Shown here in pieces: positions 28,643-39,206 of a stretch of DNA of 64,000 bases. Made by a program: the position numbers and the translations under genes. Numbering within the stretch: the stretch's first letter is position 1; the number at the start of each line of letters is the position of its first letter. The notes under the pieces were generated by a model. It was not told the DNA's origin. It saw nothing but the letters and a program-made list of their open reading frames with translations, and ran no database searches. Where the stretch lies: assembly GCA_963802145.1 (NCBI GenBank), contig CAWDHN010000012.1:291567-355566 (forward strand), read 5' to 3'. Origin of the DNA: an uncultured Rikenellaceae bacterium. GTDB lineage: Bacteria; Bacteroidota; Bacteroidia; Bacteroidales; VadinHA17.

Positions 28643-31612
28643 CTATTGGCTCATGTCACCTCTGAAAAAGCTTTCCGGCGGCCCCAGATAGGATGGTTTT
28701 GCTCCTCCCGTATTAATTACGATCTTTTCAAGGACAATGCCCGGATCGATCATCCATATCTTAAGGGTGTGATATCCGGCTTCGCTGACTGAGAGGTCTG
28801 CCTTTACATACCTGGTGTTGTCCATCACGGTCTTTTCCCACTCCCTGTTTCCGTTCTGCGCGTTGAACTCTTTCGGCACGACAGTGATAACCTGAGGAGT
28901 CTCATCATCGAATGATATGCCTATTCTGAAATCCCTGTCAGGAAGAAAATTCAGGGAAGGGGCGACGTGCAGCAGGGTTTGAAACTTACCGGTCGAGAAA
29001 AGATACATCTGATATTCGAGACAGGGAGAATCCATGCCAGGTATTGCCGGTGGCGCATCTGTCACAGCTGTTGCGCGCATGGCTGAAAGAGTGCGGCCAT
29101 AATCTTCGATCAGTTCCCAGTATCTGTCTACTCTGTTTATCAGAGCCGTATAATGTTCTGCTTCGATGGAGACGTATCCTTCGGCCTCAACAAATCCCTT
29201 CAGGGTGGCAACCTGCGGTACGGCAGGATTGAATGCCGAAAGGGCTACAGTAACCTCGCTGCCGGCGCCGCTCACCTTTATGGCGCCCTGATGAGTGCCA
29301 TAGGTAAGCAAACCCCAGTCTATCCCTATGTTGATACGATGCTCTCCCGAAACAGAACCTGTGTGATTACTTATTATTATCCAGGGATTATCCGTGGTCA
29401 CTGAGAACTCAAATGTCTCCGTGCCTCTGTTAAACACCTCTATATAACGTTCCTGCCTGTTGAATACATCAAACGGGGGCAGGGCAGGAGGCGTAATCTC
29501 TCCCGGCCACGATTTGTCGGAGCCCTCGACGGCCACACCCATTGAGGAGGTCTGAGGCACTTCGATACGGCTGAGTTTTATTGCCCTCAGGCTGTTGAAG
29601 GGAGGGTCAGCCCAGTTAGTGTATCCCAGGTGAGCCTGGTCCATGAAGTGCTTCCATTTTCCTCCGGCGAAAGAGCGGTTGTAGTATCCCATCAGGGCAG
29701 TGTCAGCCTGAAACAGAGCCTCTGTTCTTTCGGCCATCTCATTGGTCATCGATCTTGCCTGCGATGCATAGAGCGCATTCTTTCCGGCTGTGACATACAG
29801 CTCATTGACCAGTGCGCTGGCTTTTACCGGGAAGAGAACCAGGTCATAGAAAGCGTCATGCACCTCTTCCGGAAGCTCCTTTTGTATCTCTTCGGCCCTG
29901 GCGGCCAGAGCATTATACTCATTGACTATCCACTCCGCCTCTCGGTAGTCCGTAAGGCTGTATGTAAAGGGGCTGAGCAGCTCAGGCTTGCGGCGTCCGT
30001 TGAATTTTGTGTACAGTGATATGATGCCGGCAATCTCAACGGCATGGTCAGGTCCGAACTCACGGGCGCACCATTGTGAAGTATATTCCCGCAGGTCTTT
30101 GCTGCCATGTGCCTCAGTGTCCCGGGCGAGAGAGAGAAAATATTCCATCGGGAATTCATAGCCCTTGAAGTGCCCGACATTTACGATCCATATCCTGTCG
30201 GCTCCGTATTGTTTTGCAAGCGACAACTGGTCCCATATTTTCGGGATAGGATTTGTATTTATCCACTGGTAGCTGCGGGGTCCGCCGTGGTAGTCGAAGT
30301 GGTAGTAAACACCTGCCCCGCCGCTGCGCAGGCGCTCATCAGCTGAAGGCAGCCTTCTTACGTTACCCCAGTTATCCTCCGCCCACAACAGGGTTACGTC
30401 ATCAGGCACCCGCAAACCTGCATTGTAGTAATCCTGCACCTCCTTATAGAGGCACCACAGCTGAGGCACTTTTGTCACATCGGGATTAATCTCTTCAGAT
30501 ATAAGCCGGCGCTGGATGTCAACTATCTTTTCAAGTTTGGCTATATTGGCTTCGGGTCCTCCCGGTCCCATCTCAGTGTCGTCGGCACCGCGCAGTCCAA
30601 TTGTGATAATGCTTTCATAGTTCTTGTTCCGTCTGATTCCATCACGCCAGAATTTTACAAGGGTGTCAGCATGGCTGGTCCAGCTCCAGCTGCCAAGGGT
30701 CTTCTGATACCGGCGGTCCCACTCTTTCTGTGCCCTCAGCATCGGCTCCTGATGGCTGTTGCCCATGACGATTCCATACTCATCGGCCAACCTGGCATTA
30801 AGGGTGTCATCCTCGTTAAAGGCATTGTTCCACATTGCCGGCCAGAGGTAATTCGCCTTCAGCCTGAGCAGCACCTCGAAGATTCTCGCATAGAACTCGC
30901 TGCCGTAGTTGGCCACACCCGGGGGTACTGGCGGATTAACAGAAGGTGTCACCTCACCGTATGTGTGCTGAACCCACCTCGTCAGCGCAGGGTATTCATC
31001 ATTCAGAAATATACCCCTGTATCTGACCGAAGGTTCACCGGATACAAGGCGGCCGGGGTTAATGTAAAGCTCATCGGTTTTCCGGACCGGCACGCCAGCC
31101 CACCAGTACCACGGTGAGACTCCGATCTGTTTTGATATTTCATATATACCGAAAATTGTTCCCCGCTTGTCGCTCCCCGCGATGACCAGGGCTTTCCTAA
31201 CACCCGGGAATGGCCTGTCGACAGTTTCAATGAGATATGACTCCCATTTGCCGTTTATTTCGCTTACATCAATCCTCCCTTTTCTTATGAGCCTGTCGAT
31301 CAGCTGACTCCTGCCAATCGTACCGGCCACTATCAGCATATCAGAACGCGGAGCTTTTGCACTTGCCCCGAGTGTCGGCTTTGTCCCCGTGACACGGTAA
31401 AGGTCACTCTGCAGATCAGTGACTGCTCTTATGACTCCGGGCCAGTCATCGGGGCTTACGCTGAGCGGAGCACACAGACCGGGAGAGGCAAGGGTCAGTG
31501 ACCCTTCACTTCTGACCGTGGTGACTGCCGGGGTCTCAACAGCTTCCTGGCCGCTTGCCGGCATGCCGGAAAAGGGAATGATCAGAAGTAATGATGCAAC
31601 TACCTTATACAT
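28643..31612 (-). CDS. GH115-family xylan alpha-glucuronidase
   Basis: 989 aa with a signal peptide. Motifs I associate with GH115: AGSDKRGTIFGIYEISKQIGVSPWYWWAGVPV, YRGIFLNDE, LKANYLWPAMW. Confidence 0.78.
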   Translation of the reverse strand: MYKVVASLLLIIPFSGMPASGQEAVETPAVTTVRSEGSLTLASPGLCAPLSVSPDDWPGVIRAVTDLQSDLYRVTGTKPTLGASAKAPRSDMLIVAGTIGRSQLIDRLIRKGRIDVSEINGKWESYLIETVDRPFPGVRKALVIAGSDKRGTIFGIYEISKQIGVSPWYWWAGVPVRKTDELYINPGRLVSGEPSVRYRGIFLNDEYPALTRWVQHTYGEVTPSVNPPVPPGVANYGSEFYARIFEVLLRLKANYLWPAMWNNAFNEDDTLNARLADEYGIVMGNSHQEPMLRAQKEWDRRYQKTLGSWSWTSHADTLVKFWRDGIRRNKNYESIITIGLRGADDTEMGPGGPEANIAKLEKIVDIQRRLISEEINPDVTKVPQLWCLYKEVQDYYNAGLRVPDDVTLLWAEDNWGNVRRLPSADERLRSGGAGVYYHFDYHGGPRSYQWINTNPIPKIWDQLSLAKQYGADRIWIVNVGHFKGYEFPMEYFLSLARDTEAHGSKDLREYTSQWCAREFGPDHAVEIAGIISLYTKFNGRRKPELLSPFTYSLTDYREAEWIVNEYNALAARAEEIQKELPEEVHDAFYDLVLFPVKASALVNELYVTAGKNALYASQARSMTNEMAERTEALFQADTALMGYYNRSFAGGKWKHFMDQAHLGYTNWADPPFNSLRAIKLSRIEVPQTSSMGVAVEGSDKSWPGEITPPALPPFDVFNRQERYIEVFNRGTETFEFSVTTDNPWIIISNHTGSVSGEHRINIGIDWGLLTYGTHQGAIKVSGAGSEVTVALSAFNPAVPQVATLKGFVEAEGYVSIEAEHYTALINRVDRYWELIEDYGRTLSAMRATAVTDAPPAIPGMDSPCLEYQMYLFSTGKFQTLLHVAPSLNFLPDRDFRIGISFDDETPQVITVVPKEFNAQNGNREWEKTVMDNTRYVKADLSVSEAGYHTLKIWMIDPGIVLEKIVINTGGAKPSYLGPPESFFRGDMSQ

Positions 31613-31635
31613 TTCAGATGGGTTGGTTTAATGCT

Positions 31636-33015
31636 TCATATTTCAAGAACGACTGTTGTTACGGACTTCGCTTTAAGAATGATATTCTGATCGGAACTGA
31701 CCGGCTCAATCTCCTTGTAAGACGAAACCGCATCGGTTTGCCAGGCACGGATTGATTTTACGGTCTTGCCGATAACCTCGAAATCATACCAGGCTTCGTC
31801 TGCATTTGGATTAACCGCCACAACGGTGATCTTTTTTCCCGAAGGATCGATGAAGGCAGACATCGGCATAAAGGGTGAAAGGACACTGATACGGACATAT
31901 CCCCTGTCAATCTCTTTTGAGAAGTGTTTCATCATATAATAGAAGGGAGTGAGAGAGTAGGCCCCTGAAGTGCTTAATTTGATCATCGCCTCCTGGCTGT
32001 CGTTGTGCCAGGCCATCAGCCAGTACAGATAACCTGATGCATTTGCCTCATTGATGTTCTGGATTATGAACCATGCTGTGTTGAGCCACGTAAAGTTGGA
32101 GTACTCAGTCATGATGCAGGGCTTGTTTCCGTAACTGTCACGGATCATGTTGAGGTTCTCCTTGGTCTGTGAAACAGGCGTTGACGCTGAAAAATTATAT
32201 GTATGATAAGCATAGGCAGCCAGTTGAGGCTTGTTCTTTACCGGGTCTGAGAAGAGGGCGAAGGTATTTCCTCCCAGCTTGCTGCTGTAGCCTATGTTCT
32301 CAGCCTCGGGCCCGAGCATTTTCGGCGGATCCGGCCTTGTGCTGATCTTGTTATAGACAGCGTCAAAGGCATTTGCAAATCCCGCGAACTCACCTGTCTC
32401 AGTGGGGCGCCATTCACATGTCTCCCAGTCGGGAGTGACCCATGCCGGTTCATTCTGGATGCTTATATAATCAGGCTTGAAGGAGAGATGCTCAAGCACA
32501 TCATTCCAGTATTCGGCGAAAGCCTCGTACATGAAAGCTCCGTTCTCCTTCTTCAGGGTCCCTTCGCGCAGGTTATTATTGCTTTTCAATGAAGAAGGGG
32601 GTGTCCAGGAACTTACCATAATACCGATCCCGGGGTTTAGCTGCCTGGCGATGGTACTGAGCTCATTGGTGACTGTAAAGAGTGTTTTGATTGAGGTGTT
32701 CTCCATCACATCAGTTGACTTGACGGCGGGATACCCCATCGGATAATAGTTATTCTTGAACCGGATCATGTCAGTGCCAAGATCTTCGAAAAGGAGCTGG
32801 CATATCTGGTTCTTCTGAGGGCTGGTGATGATCCTGTCAGAGTACCATGTCAGTGACCCTCCGAAGCCTATCATCTCCTGGTAGGTCACTGACGGATCAA
32901 TGAAGGCATTGGTAATGACAGGTTCAATTTCAGGCTCAGGGGGCCCGGGATCCTTGCACGACTGGCCCAGCACCATAAGACCGGTAATAATTACCAGGGA
33001 AAGAATACTTCTCAT
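31636..33015 (-). CDS. GH30-family glycoside hydrolase (glucuronoxylanase/xylosidase-like)
   Basis: Lipoprotein-type signal (VLGQSC). IGFGGSLTWY, YISIQNEPAW (acid/base Glu context), CIMTEYS (nucleophile context), and a C-terminal beta-sandwich-like tail. The subfamily is not resolvable by eye. Confidence 0.6.
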   Translation of the reverse strand: MRSILSLVIITGLMVLGQSCKDPGPPEPEIEPVITNAFIDPSVTYQEMIGFGGSLTWYSDRIITSPQKNQICQLLFEDLGTDMIRFKNNYYPMGYPAVKSTDVMENTSIKTLFTVTNELSTIARQLNPGIGIMVSSWTPPSSLKSNNNLREGTLKKENGAFMYEAFAEYWNDVLEHLSFKPDYISIQNEPAWVTPDWETCEWRPTETGEFAGFANAFDAVYNKISTRPDPPKMLGPEAENIGYSSKLGGNTFALFSDPVKNKPQLAAYAYHTYNFSASTPVSQTKENLNMIRDSYGNKPCIMTEYSNFTWLNTAWFIIQNINEANASGYLYWLMAWHNDSQEAMIKLSTSGAYSLTPFYYMMKHFSKEIDRGYVRISVLSPFMPMSAFIDPSGKKITVVAVNPNADEAWYDFEVIGKTVKSIRAWQTDAVSSYKEIEPVSSDQNIILKAKSVTTVVLEI

Positions 33016-33087
33016 TGAGTTGAAATTTAATCAGTTACTCTGTATAATCTTCCTGTGGCGACAGACATAATGGCACATGTGCCGGGA

Positions 33088-35361
33088 TTATACGACAGTT
33101 AGTATCGTCTTCTGAAGGTCTGCATCACGTGACGAGGAACCTGTCATGATCTCAAATGAGCCCGGTTCAACCACAAATTTCATATCGATATTATGAAATG
33201 CCAGCTTATCCGGGGTTATATCAAATGACACCTTCCGTGTTTCACCGGGCTTGAGTGAGATGCGGGCGAACCCGCGCAACTCCTTCACGGGCCTGGTCAC
33301 GGTACTTACCACATCCCTTATGTAGAGCTGCACTATCTCATCTCCCTGAATCTTCCCGGCATTTTTCACCTCTACGGTTACCCTGGCTGTCTCACCTTTT
33401 TTAATTGTTTTTTTCTTCAGTACAGGTGGTCCGTATGTGAACCTTGTATAGCTCAGGCCATAACCGAAAGAAAAGAGCGGTTTGACATCCTGTGATATGT
33501 AGTCCTGCCACTGTGCGCTGGGTTTATGGTTGTAATACATAGGCAGCTGCCCGGCCGACTTGGGGAAAGTGATGGTCAGTTTTCCTGAGGGATTGACCTC
33601 TCCGAAGATGATGTCGGCAGCAGCAGTGCCGGTCTCCTGTCCCATGTACCAGCCTTCAAGGATAGCAGGCACTTTCTCCGCAAGAGTATTGATGGAGAGC
33701 GGACGACCATTCATCAGGTAGAGCACCACGGGTTTGCCGAGGGCTGTGATGGCATCCGCCAGTTCCCCCTGCTCGCCGAAGAGATCCAGTGTCATGTTAT
33801 CCCCGATATGGTTCTGTGCCCATGCCTCGCGGCAGAGATGTTCATTCTCACCAAGGGCGAGGATGACAAGGTCAGCTCCGGAGGCCACCCTGACGGCCTC
33901 CCTGATGAGCTTCAGGTTTTCATCACGTGATGCAAACTTGATCTCGTCATATTTCCAGTTAAAGTAACTCACAGTGGTGTTGATGGTCAGTCTGCATCCC
34001 TGTGCGAAGAGCACCTCTGTGCCGTTGCCGGCCCTGGCTCTGATGCCGTCAATGAGGCTCACTTTTTCATAAGGTTCACCGGAGTAGCCTCCGAACCACA
34101 GATCCTTTGCACATGGCCCTATGACTGCAATCTTTTTGTATTTGCCCTTCTTCAGAGGCAGCAAGCCGTCGTTCTTAAGCAGTACGACAGATTCATGAGC
34201 TGCCTTCAATGCTGTTTTCTTGTGCATCAGTGATTTGCTTACACTGATGGCCTGCTTCTCATCGACGTAGGGATTTTCGAAGAGTCCCAGGTTGAACTTG
34301 AAAGTCAGCACCTGCTCCACGGCTTTGTCGATATCTTCTCTCTTTATCTTCTTCTTTCTGAGAAGCTCCGGCAGAACCCTGTACATATTGGCCTGCGGGA
34401 ATTCATACTGTACGCCGCAGTTGAACGCTGTCATTGCAGCCTCGGTGGCATCATTGCAGACGAAGTGCTTGTTGAACAGATGGTCCACGCCATAGTAATC
34501 AGATACCACCATCCCCTTGTAGCCCCACTCCCCGCGAAGGAGATCCTGCAGCAGCCACCTGTTGGCATGCGAAGGTACGCCGTCAACCTCGTTGTATGAG
34601 GGCATGACCGACACTGGCTTTGCATGGTCGATGCACATCTTAAATGGAGGCATATGGTAATCACGCAGCACCCTCATGGAGTAGTTGGCCGGACCCTGGT
34701 TCAGTCCGCCTTCTGACTCCCCGTGACCTACAAGATGTTTGAGTGTGGCGGCAACATTATCCTTGCCCACCTTACCCGTATCTCCTCCCTGCAGTCCTTT
34801 CACAGCTGCTATCGAAAGCATGCCGTTGAGGTAGGGATCTTCGCCATATGTCTCTTCCGTTCTTCCCCAGCGAGGATCACGGCAAACGTCAATGACAGGG
34901 GTGAGGGCATGATGTGTGCCCCTTGAGCGCATCTCATGAGCGACGATGCCGTAAACCTTCTCAAAAAGGAGGGTATCCCATGAACATGCAAGCCCGATAG
35001 CCTGTGGGAAGACAGTGGCTTCCGGCCGCATCATGCCGTGCTGACCCTCATCGACAAAGACGGCAGGAATTCCCAGCCTTGTCTCATCGACAAGGTATTT
35101 CTGGATCTTGTTGCGCATCCTGACTGTCTCCTTTATTCCAAAGGGGGCCGGGTGTACCGAATTACATCCCTTGCCGAAAATCTCCTTCATCTTTGCCGGA
35201 TCGTCGAAGATCTCCGGCTTGAAATCCTCCACGCCACCGTTCCACAGCCCCATGAGCTGAGCCGTCTTCTCTTCAATTGTCATCCTGCCCAGAAGGTCCT
35301 GCACTCTCTTGCTGACAGGCAACGCGGCATCTTTATATGGTAATGTAACTTTTGGTTTCAT
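33088..35361 (-). CDS. GH3-family beta-glucosidase/beta-xylosidase
   Basis: 757 aa. LGIPAVFVDEGQHG, TPVIDVCRDPRWGRTEETYGEDP, KHLVGHGESEGG, GMVVSDYYG (nucleophile Asp context), and a C-terminal fibronectin-III-like domain (VTVEVKNAGKIQGDEIVQLY). Confidence 0.9.
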   Translation of the reverse strand: MKPKVTLPYKDAALPVSKRVQDLLGRMTIEEKTAQLMGLWNGGVEDFKPEIFDDPAKMKEIFGKGCNSVHPAPFGIKETVRMRNKIQKYLVDETRLGIPAVFVDEGQHGMMRPEATVFPQAIGLACSWDTLLFEKVYGIVAHEMRSRGTHHALTPVIDVCRDPRWGRTEETYGEDPYLNGMLSIAAVKGLQGGDTGKVGKDNVAATLKHLVGHGESEGGLNQGPANYSMRVLRDYHMPPFKMCIDHAKPVSVMPSYNEVDGVPSHANRWLLQDLLRGEWGYKGMVVSDYYGVDHLFNKHFVCNDATEAAMTAFNCGVQYEFPQANMYRVLPELLRKKKIKREDIDKAVEQVLTFKFNLGLFENPYVDEKQAISVSKSLMHKKTALKAAHESVVLLKNDGLLPLKKGKYKKIAVIGPCAKDLWFGGYSGEPYEKVSLIDGIRARAGNGTEVLFAQGCRLTINTTVSYFNWKYDEIKFASRDENLKLIREAVRVASGADLVILALGENEHLCREAWAQNHIGDNMTLDLFGEQGELADAITALGKPVVLYLMNGRPLSINTLAEKVPAILEGWYMGQETGTAAADIIFGEVNPSGKLTITFPKSAGQLPMYYNHKPSAQWQDYISQDVKPLFSFGYGLSYTRFTYGPPVLKKKTIKKGETARVTVEVKNAGKIQGDEIVQLYIRDVVSTVTRPVKELRGFARISLKPGETRKVSFDITPDKLAFHNIDMKFVVEPGSFEIMTGSSSRDADLQKTILTVV

Positions 35362-35382
35362 GGTCTATTAAGTATTATCTGG

Positions 35383-36504
35383 TTATTTGATTTTTTTTGC
35401 TTCTTCAATGACGGCATAGTAGGAGGGTTTGGGCTGATAGTTGCGGTCAAACAGAAGAGGATAGTTGGTGCGCCCCGGTATTGGCCAGTTGTTTTTCCAT
35501 GAGTAACCGTCATGAACGCCCCAGAAGGTGACCCTGCTGACGTTCTCCCTGTGCTTCAGCAGAAGCCTGAAGAGTCCTGCATAACGGTCAGTGAGCATAG
35601 TCTGGACAGAATCGGGCAGGCCGGCAACATACGGATTAAGCGAATCTTTGTATTCAGCCATCTTTGATATTTCTGCACCGTAAAGCCATGCAGGGGTTGG
35701 CAGGACATTTATCTCCATCTCGGTGATCATAACCGTCATCCCGAGAGCGGCATATTCGACTATGCTCTCCTCAACCACCTGAAAGTCCGGCGAGTCGAGA
35801 TGCCAGTGACCCTGGATGCCGACACCGTCTATACGGATCCCTTTGTCCTGAAGTTTTTTGACAAGAGCTATAACCCCTTCTCTCTTGGCTCTTTCCTCAT
35901 TGTTGTAATCATTGTAGTAGAGCTCTGCGTCCGGATCTGCCTCATGTGCAAATTCAAATGCCTTTTCGATATAGTCTTCACCTATTATCTCAAGCCATTT
36001 TGTCTTCCGCATGGAACCGTCCTCATCCACTGCTTCATTCACAACGTCCCAGCCTTTAATCTGACCCTTGTAGTGTCCGACGACAGTGAAAATATGATCC
36101 TTCAGTCTTTCGAGAAGGGCGTCCCGAGTCAGAGGATTGCCCAGCGAATCCTGAAAAACCCATGCGGGTGTCTGTGAATGCCATACCAGGCAGTGTCCGA
36201 TGACAGCTATGCCGTGTTTCTGAGAGAATGACACAATGCTGTCAGCCATTTTGAATTCATACCTGCCCGGCTCAGGGTTTATTCTTTCCCATTTCATCTC
36301 ATTCTCAGGAGTGATTGAACTGAAATGAGTGGCAATAAAGGGCAGAACCTTTTCATCTTCACCCATTACCTGACGGTAATTCATTGCTGTGCCTATGAGG
36401 AAGTCGCCCTCAAAGGCATCTTTCAGACCCTGTTCCTCTTTCCTGCATGATGATGCAACGACCATCATAAGTATCAGTACTGCGGTAATAAATCTGTTTT
36501 TCAT
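35383..36504 (-). CDS. GH10 endo-1,4-beta-xylanase
   Basis: Lipoprotein signal (VVASSC). HCLVWHSQTP, WDVVNEAVDEDG (acid/base), YYNDYN, ITEMEINV (nucleophile), VTFWGVHDGYSW. Confidence 0.9.
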   Translation of the reverse strand: MKNRFITAVLILMMVVASSCRKEEQGLKDAFEGDFLIGTAMNYRQVMGEDEKVLPFIATHFSSITPENEMKWERINPEPGRYEFKMADSIVSFSQKHGIAVIGHCLVWHSQTPAWVFQDSLGNPLTRDALLERLKDHIFTVVGHYKGQIKGWDVVNEAVDEDGSMRKTKWLEIIGEDYIEKAFEFAHEADPDAELYYNDYNNEERAKREGVIALVKKLQDKGIRIDGVGIQGHWHLDSPDFQVVEESIVEYAALGMTVMITEMEINVLPTPAWLYGAEISKMAEYKDSLNPYVAGLPDSVQTMLTDRYAGLFRLLLKHRENVSRVTFWGVHDGYSWKNNWPIPGRTNYPLLFDRNYQPKPSYYAVIEEAKKIK

Positions 36505-36519
36505 ATTACGGGTTCTGTT

Positions 36520-37980
36520 TTATTGATTAGCTACTGCCTTGCGTCTTGATGCCAGCTCATCCTGCATTTGATCTTCGGTTTTCTTGCCTATGGCATAGAT
36601 AAAGAGTGCTATAACACAGATAATAATAGTTATGGCAGGATAAATACTCACTGTGAGCCTTATACCCATCAGAGCGGAGGGTGTCTGTTCCGCATTTGGC
36701 ACGTATCCGTATCCCTTGAGCAGCCAGCCGGCCAGTGCACCTCCTACCGCCAGACCCACTTTAAGGCCGACAACAATGGCGGCAAATGTTATTCCCGTGG
36801 CGCGCCTGTTGTTCTTCCACTCGCCATAATCAGCCACATCGGCCATCATAGCCCATGGCAGAGGCATTGTCACCCCCCATGAGAAGTTGAAGAGAACAGA
36901 CAGGATAAATGTAAGCATCACCGCGGAAGGAGGAATGACGAAGAACAGCGCTGCCGCAACTGCTGCAACCGCCAGCCAGGTACGGAACACATTCCTCTTG
37001 CCGAATCTCTTCGCCAGTGCGCTTGAAAGAGCTATACCGGCAATTGCCGTCAGCTGGCTGATGATGTTTATAACGCTGAAGGTGTTGTCTGCAAAACTGG
37101 CACCGGCATTTGTCATTCCCAGGCTATTCAGCAATCCGAAGAGCACCTTGTCGACATTGACGAGGAACCCTCTCATGCTTTCCGGATCAAGATAATACCT
37201 GAAATAATATAGGAGGATGCTGTTGCGCATCGCAAGGAAGATGAACATGAAGAGGAAAACGATGAACATCAGCACAAACTGACGGTTATGGACGAGGTCC
37301 AGCAGATCCTGTTTCAGTGAAGACTTCTGCTGTGGCGGAGGCTTAATCCTCTCTTTGGTCGTAAGGAAGGTAATCAGGAAGAATATCACCGCCAGGGCCG
37401 CGAAGATGCCCATGGTGATCTGATACCCCTTGCTGCTGCTCCCCTGTCCGAAGTGGTTGACCATGGGCAGGGTGAAGCCCTGTATGGCTATTGTGGCCAG
37501 TGTGACGACAACGAACCGGAAAGATGAGAGGCTCGCGCGCTCTTTCATGTTGCCCGTTATGACGCCGCTGAGCGCTGAGTAGGGGTTATTGTTTGCAGAA
37601 TAGATTGTCAGGAGAAGGAAATAGGTGATGTAGGCATACAGCAGTTTCCCTGACTCGCTCAGTTCAGGCGTCTTGAAGGCCAGATAGCCCAGTACGCCGA
37701 AAGGCAGGGCGGTCCAGAGTATCCATGGCCTGAACTTGCCCCAGCGGGTGTTGGTACGGTCTGCCAGTGCCCCGAAGACAGGGTCGCAGACAGCGCCCCA
37801 TAGACGCGCTATGAGAAAGAGGGTGGCTGCGGAACCGGCCGAAAGGCCAAAGGTGTCAGTGTAAAAGCTGAGCTGCAGCAGCATCATAGTCTGAAAAATG
37901 AAGTTGGCTGCACCGTCACCAAGGCTGTAGCCAATCTTCTCCTTAACCGATAATTTTCCTGTTTCCGGTTGCATAATCAT
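36520..37980 (-). CDS. Glycoside-pentoside-hexuronide (GPH) family cation symporter, probable xyloside/oligosaccharide importer
   Basis: 486 aa and about 12 TM segments. GPH N-terminal signature (KIGYSLGDGAANFIFQ, GALADRTNTRWGKFRPWILW). Confidence 0.85.
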   Translation of the reverse strand: MIMQPETGKLSVKEKIGYSLGDGAANFIFQTMMLLQLSFYTDTFGLSAGSAATLFLIARLWGAVCDPVFGALADRTNTRWGKFRPWILWTALPFGVLGYLAFKTPELSESGKLLYAYITYFLLLTIYSANNNPYSALSGVITGNMKERASLSSFRFVVVTLATIAIQGFTLPMVNHFGQGSSSKGYQITMGIFAALAVIFFLITFLTTKERIKPPPQQKSSLKQDLLDLVHNRQFVLMFIVFLFMFIFLAMRNSILLYYFRYYLDPESMRGFLVNVDKVLFGLLNSLGMTNAGASFADNTFSVINIISQLTAIAGIALSSALAKRFGKRNVFRTWLAVAAVAAALFFVIPPSAVMLTFILSVLFNFSWGVTMPLPWAMMADVADYGEWKNNRRATGITFAAIVVGLKVGLAVGGALAGWLLKGYGYVPNAEQTPSALMGIRLTVSIYPAITIIICVIALFIYAIGKKTEDQMQDELASRRKAVANQ

Positions 37981-38086
37981 TTAATTATAAGAGGTTTATT
38001 ATTGTACACAAGCTGCGCATTCCATTGCAGGCAACGTCCATGAACAGTTTTAAGCGTAAATAAAAGTATGCAATAAGATTTAAATG

Positions 38087-38100
38087 TGCAACCGATTGCA
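38087..38100. promoter_or_regulatory. Candidate LacI-family operator
   Basis: TGCAACCGATTGCA fits the generic LacI/GalR/CcpA operator pattern TGnAAnCGnTTnCA, with perfect TGCAA/TTGCA arms. It lies in the divergent intergenic region between the GPH-GH10-GH3-GH30-GH115 operon and the LacI gene. Confidence 0.5.
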
Positions 38101-38156
38101 AAAAATATTTGATTTTGTTTCAATTATTTATGTTTTATTACTTATTTTGAAGAATT

Positions 38157-39206
38157 ATGGCCGGAATGAAGAAAAAAGCCGAGGTCACCATTTATGACAT
38201 CTCCAAGGCGCTGAATATTTCAGCCTCAACAGTCTCCCGCGGCCTGAACAACAATCCGCAGGTACGCAAAGAGCTTCGGAAAAAGATCCTGCATAAAGCC
38301 CAGGAGATGGGTTATCAGCATAATAAGTTCGCTGCAAACCTCAGGCAAAAGAGAACCAGGACCATAGGCGTGGTAATACCCAGGATAGACAGCCACTTCA
38401 TGTCGTCAGTCATCTCGGGAATGGAAAAGGTGGCAAACCACTCCGGTTACCAGCTGCTGATAAGCCAGAGTGAGGAGTCGGCCTCCCTCGAGGAGGTAAA
38501 TATCCAGGCACTCTTTAACAGCCGTGTAGACGGATTTCTTATTTCACTCTCTTATGAGACAAAGAACATAGATTCCTTCCAGAATATCTTCCGGAAAGAT
38601 ATTCCTATTGTCTTCTTTGACAGAGTCTTTGAGTGCGGCAACTGTGTAAGCGTGGTCATTGATAATTTTAAGGCCGGCTATGAGGCGACAAAGCATCTTA
38701 TTGATCAGGGCTGCAGAAAGATAATTCATGTGGGGGGAAGCATGAACCGCAATGTGTACAGCGACAGGTTCCGGGGATTCAGGCAGGCCCTTGCCGAACA
38801 TTCCCTGGAGTTTAACGATAACTCCCACATTATTACTGACCTTATGGACAGCTCGGGTGAAGTGATAATCAGGAGGCTGATCAGCAGGGGATCGATGCCC
38901 GACGGCATCTTCACGGCAAATGACACCTCGGCCGTGTCAATAATATGCGAGCTGAAAAGGAAAGGCTACCGTATTCCCGACGATGTGGCTGTTGTGGGGT
39001 TCAATGACGATCCGGTATCACGTATTATAGAGCCCAACCTGACGACGGTCCATTACCCGGGAAGGGCTATGGGTGATGTGGCAGCATCAACAATGATCCG
39101 GATACTTGAAGGAACCCAGTTTGAAAAAGTCAACTCTATTATACTCAGCCATGAACTTATTATCAGACAGTCGTCGCTGAAATCCGTTAATATGTCAGAA
39201 GCATGA
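38157..39206 (+). CDS. LacI-family transcriptional regulator
   Basis: N-terminal HTH (TIYDISKALNISASTVSRGLNN) plus a periplasmic-binding-protein-like sugar-binding core (DGFLISLSY, VVGFNDDP). Confidence 0.9.
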   Translation: MAGMKKKAEVTIYDISKALNISASTVSRGLNNNPQVRKELRKKILHKAQEMGYQHNKFAANLRQKRTRTIGVVIPRIDSHFMSSVISGMEKVANHSGYQLLISQSEESASLEEVNIQALFNSRVDGFLISLSYETKNIDSFQNIFRKDIPIVFFDRVFECGNCVSVVIDNFKAGYEATKHLIDQGCRKIIHVGGSMNRNVYSDRFRGFRQALAEHSLEFNDNSHIITDLMDSSGEVIIRRLISRGSMPDGIFTANDTSAVSIICELKRKGYRIPDDVAVVGFNDDPVSRIIEPNLTTVHYPGRAMGDVAASTMIRILEGTQFEKVNSIILSHELIIRQSSLKSVNMSEA

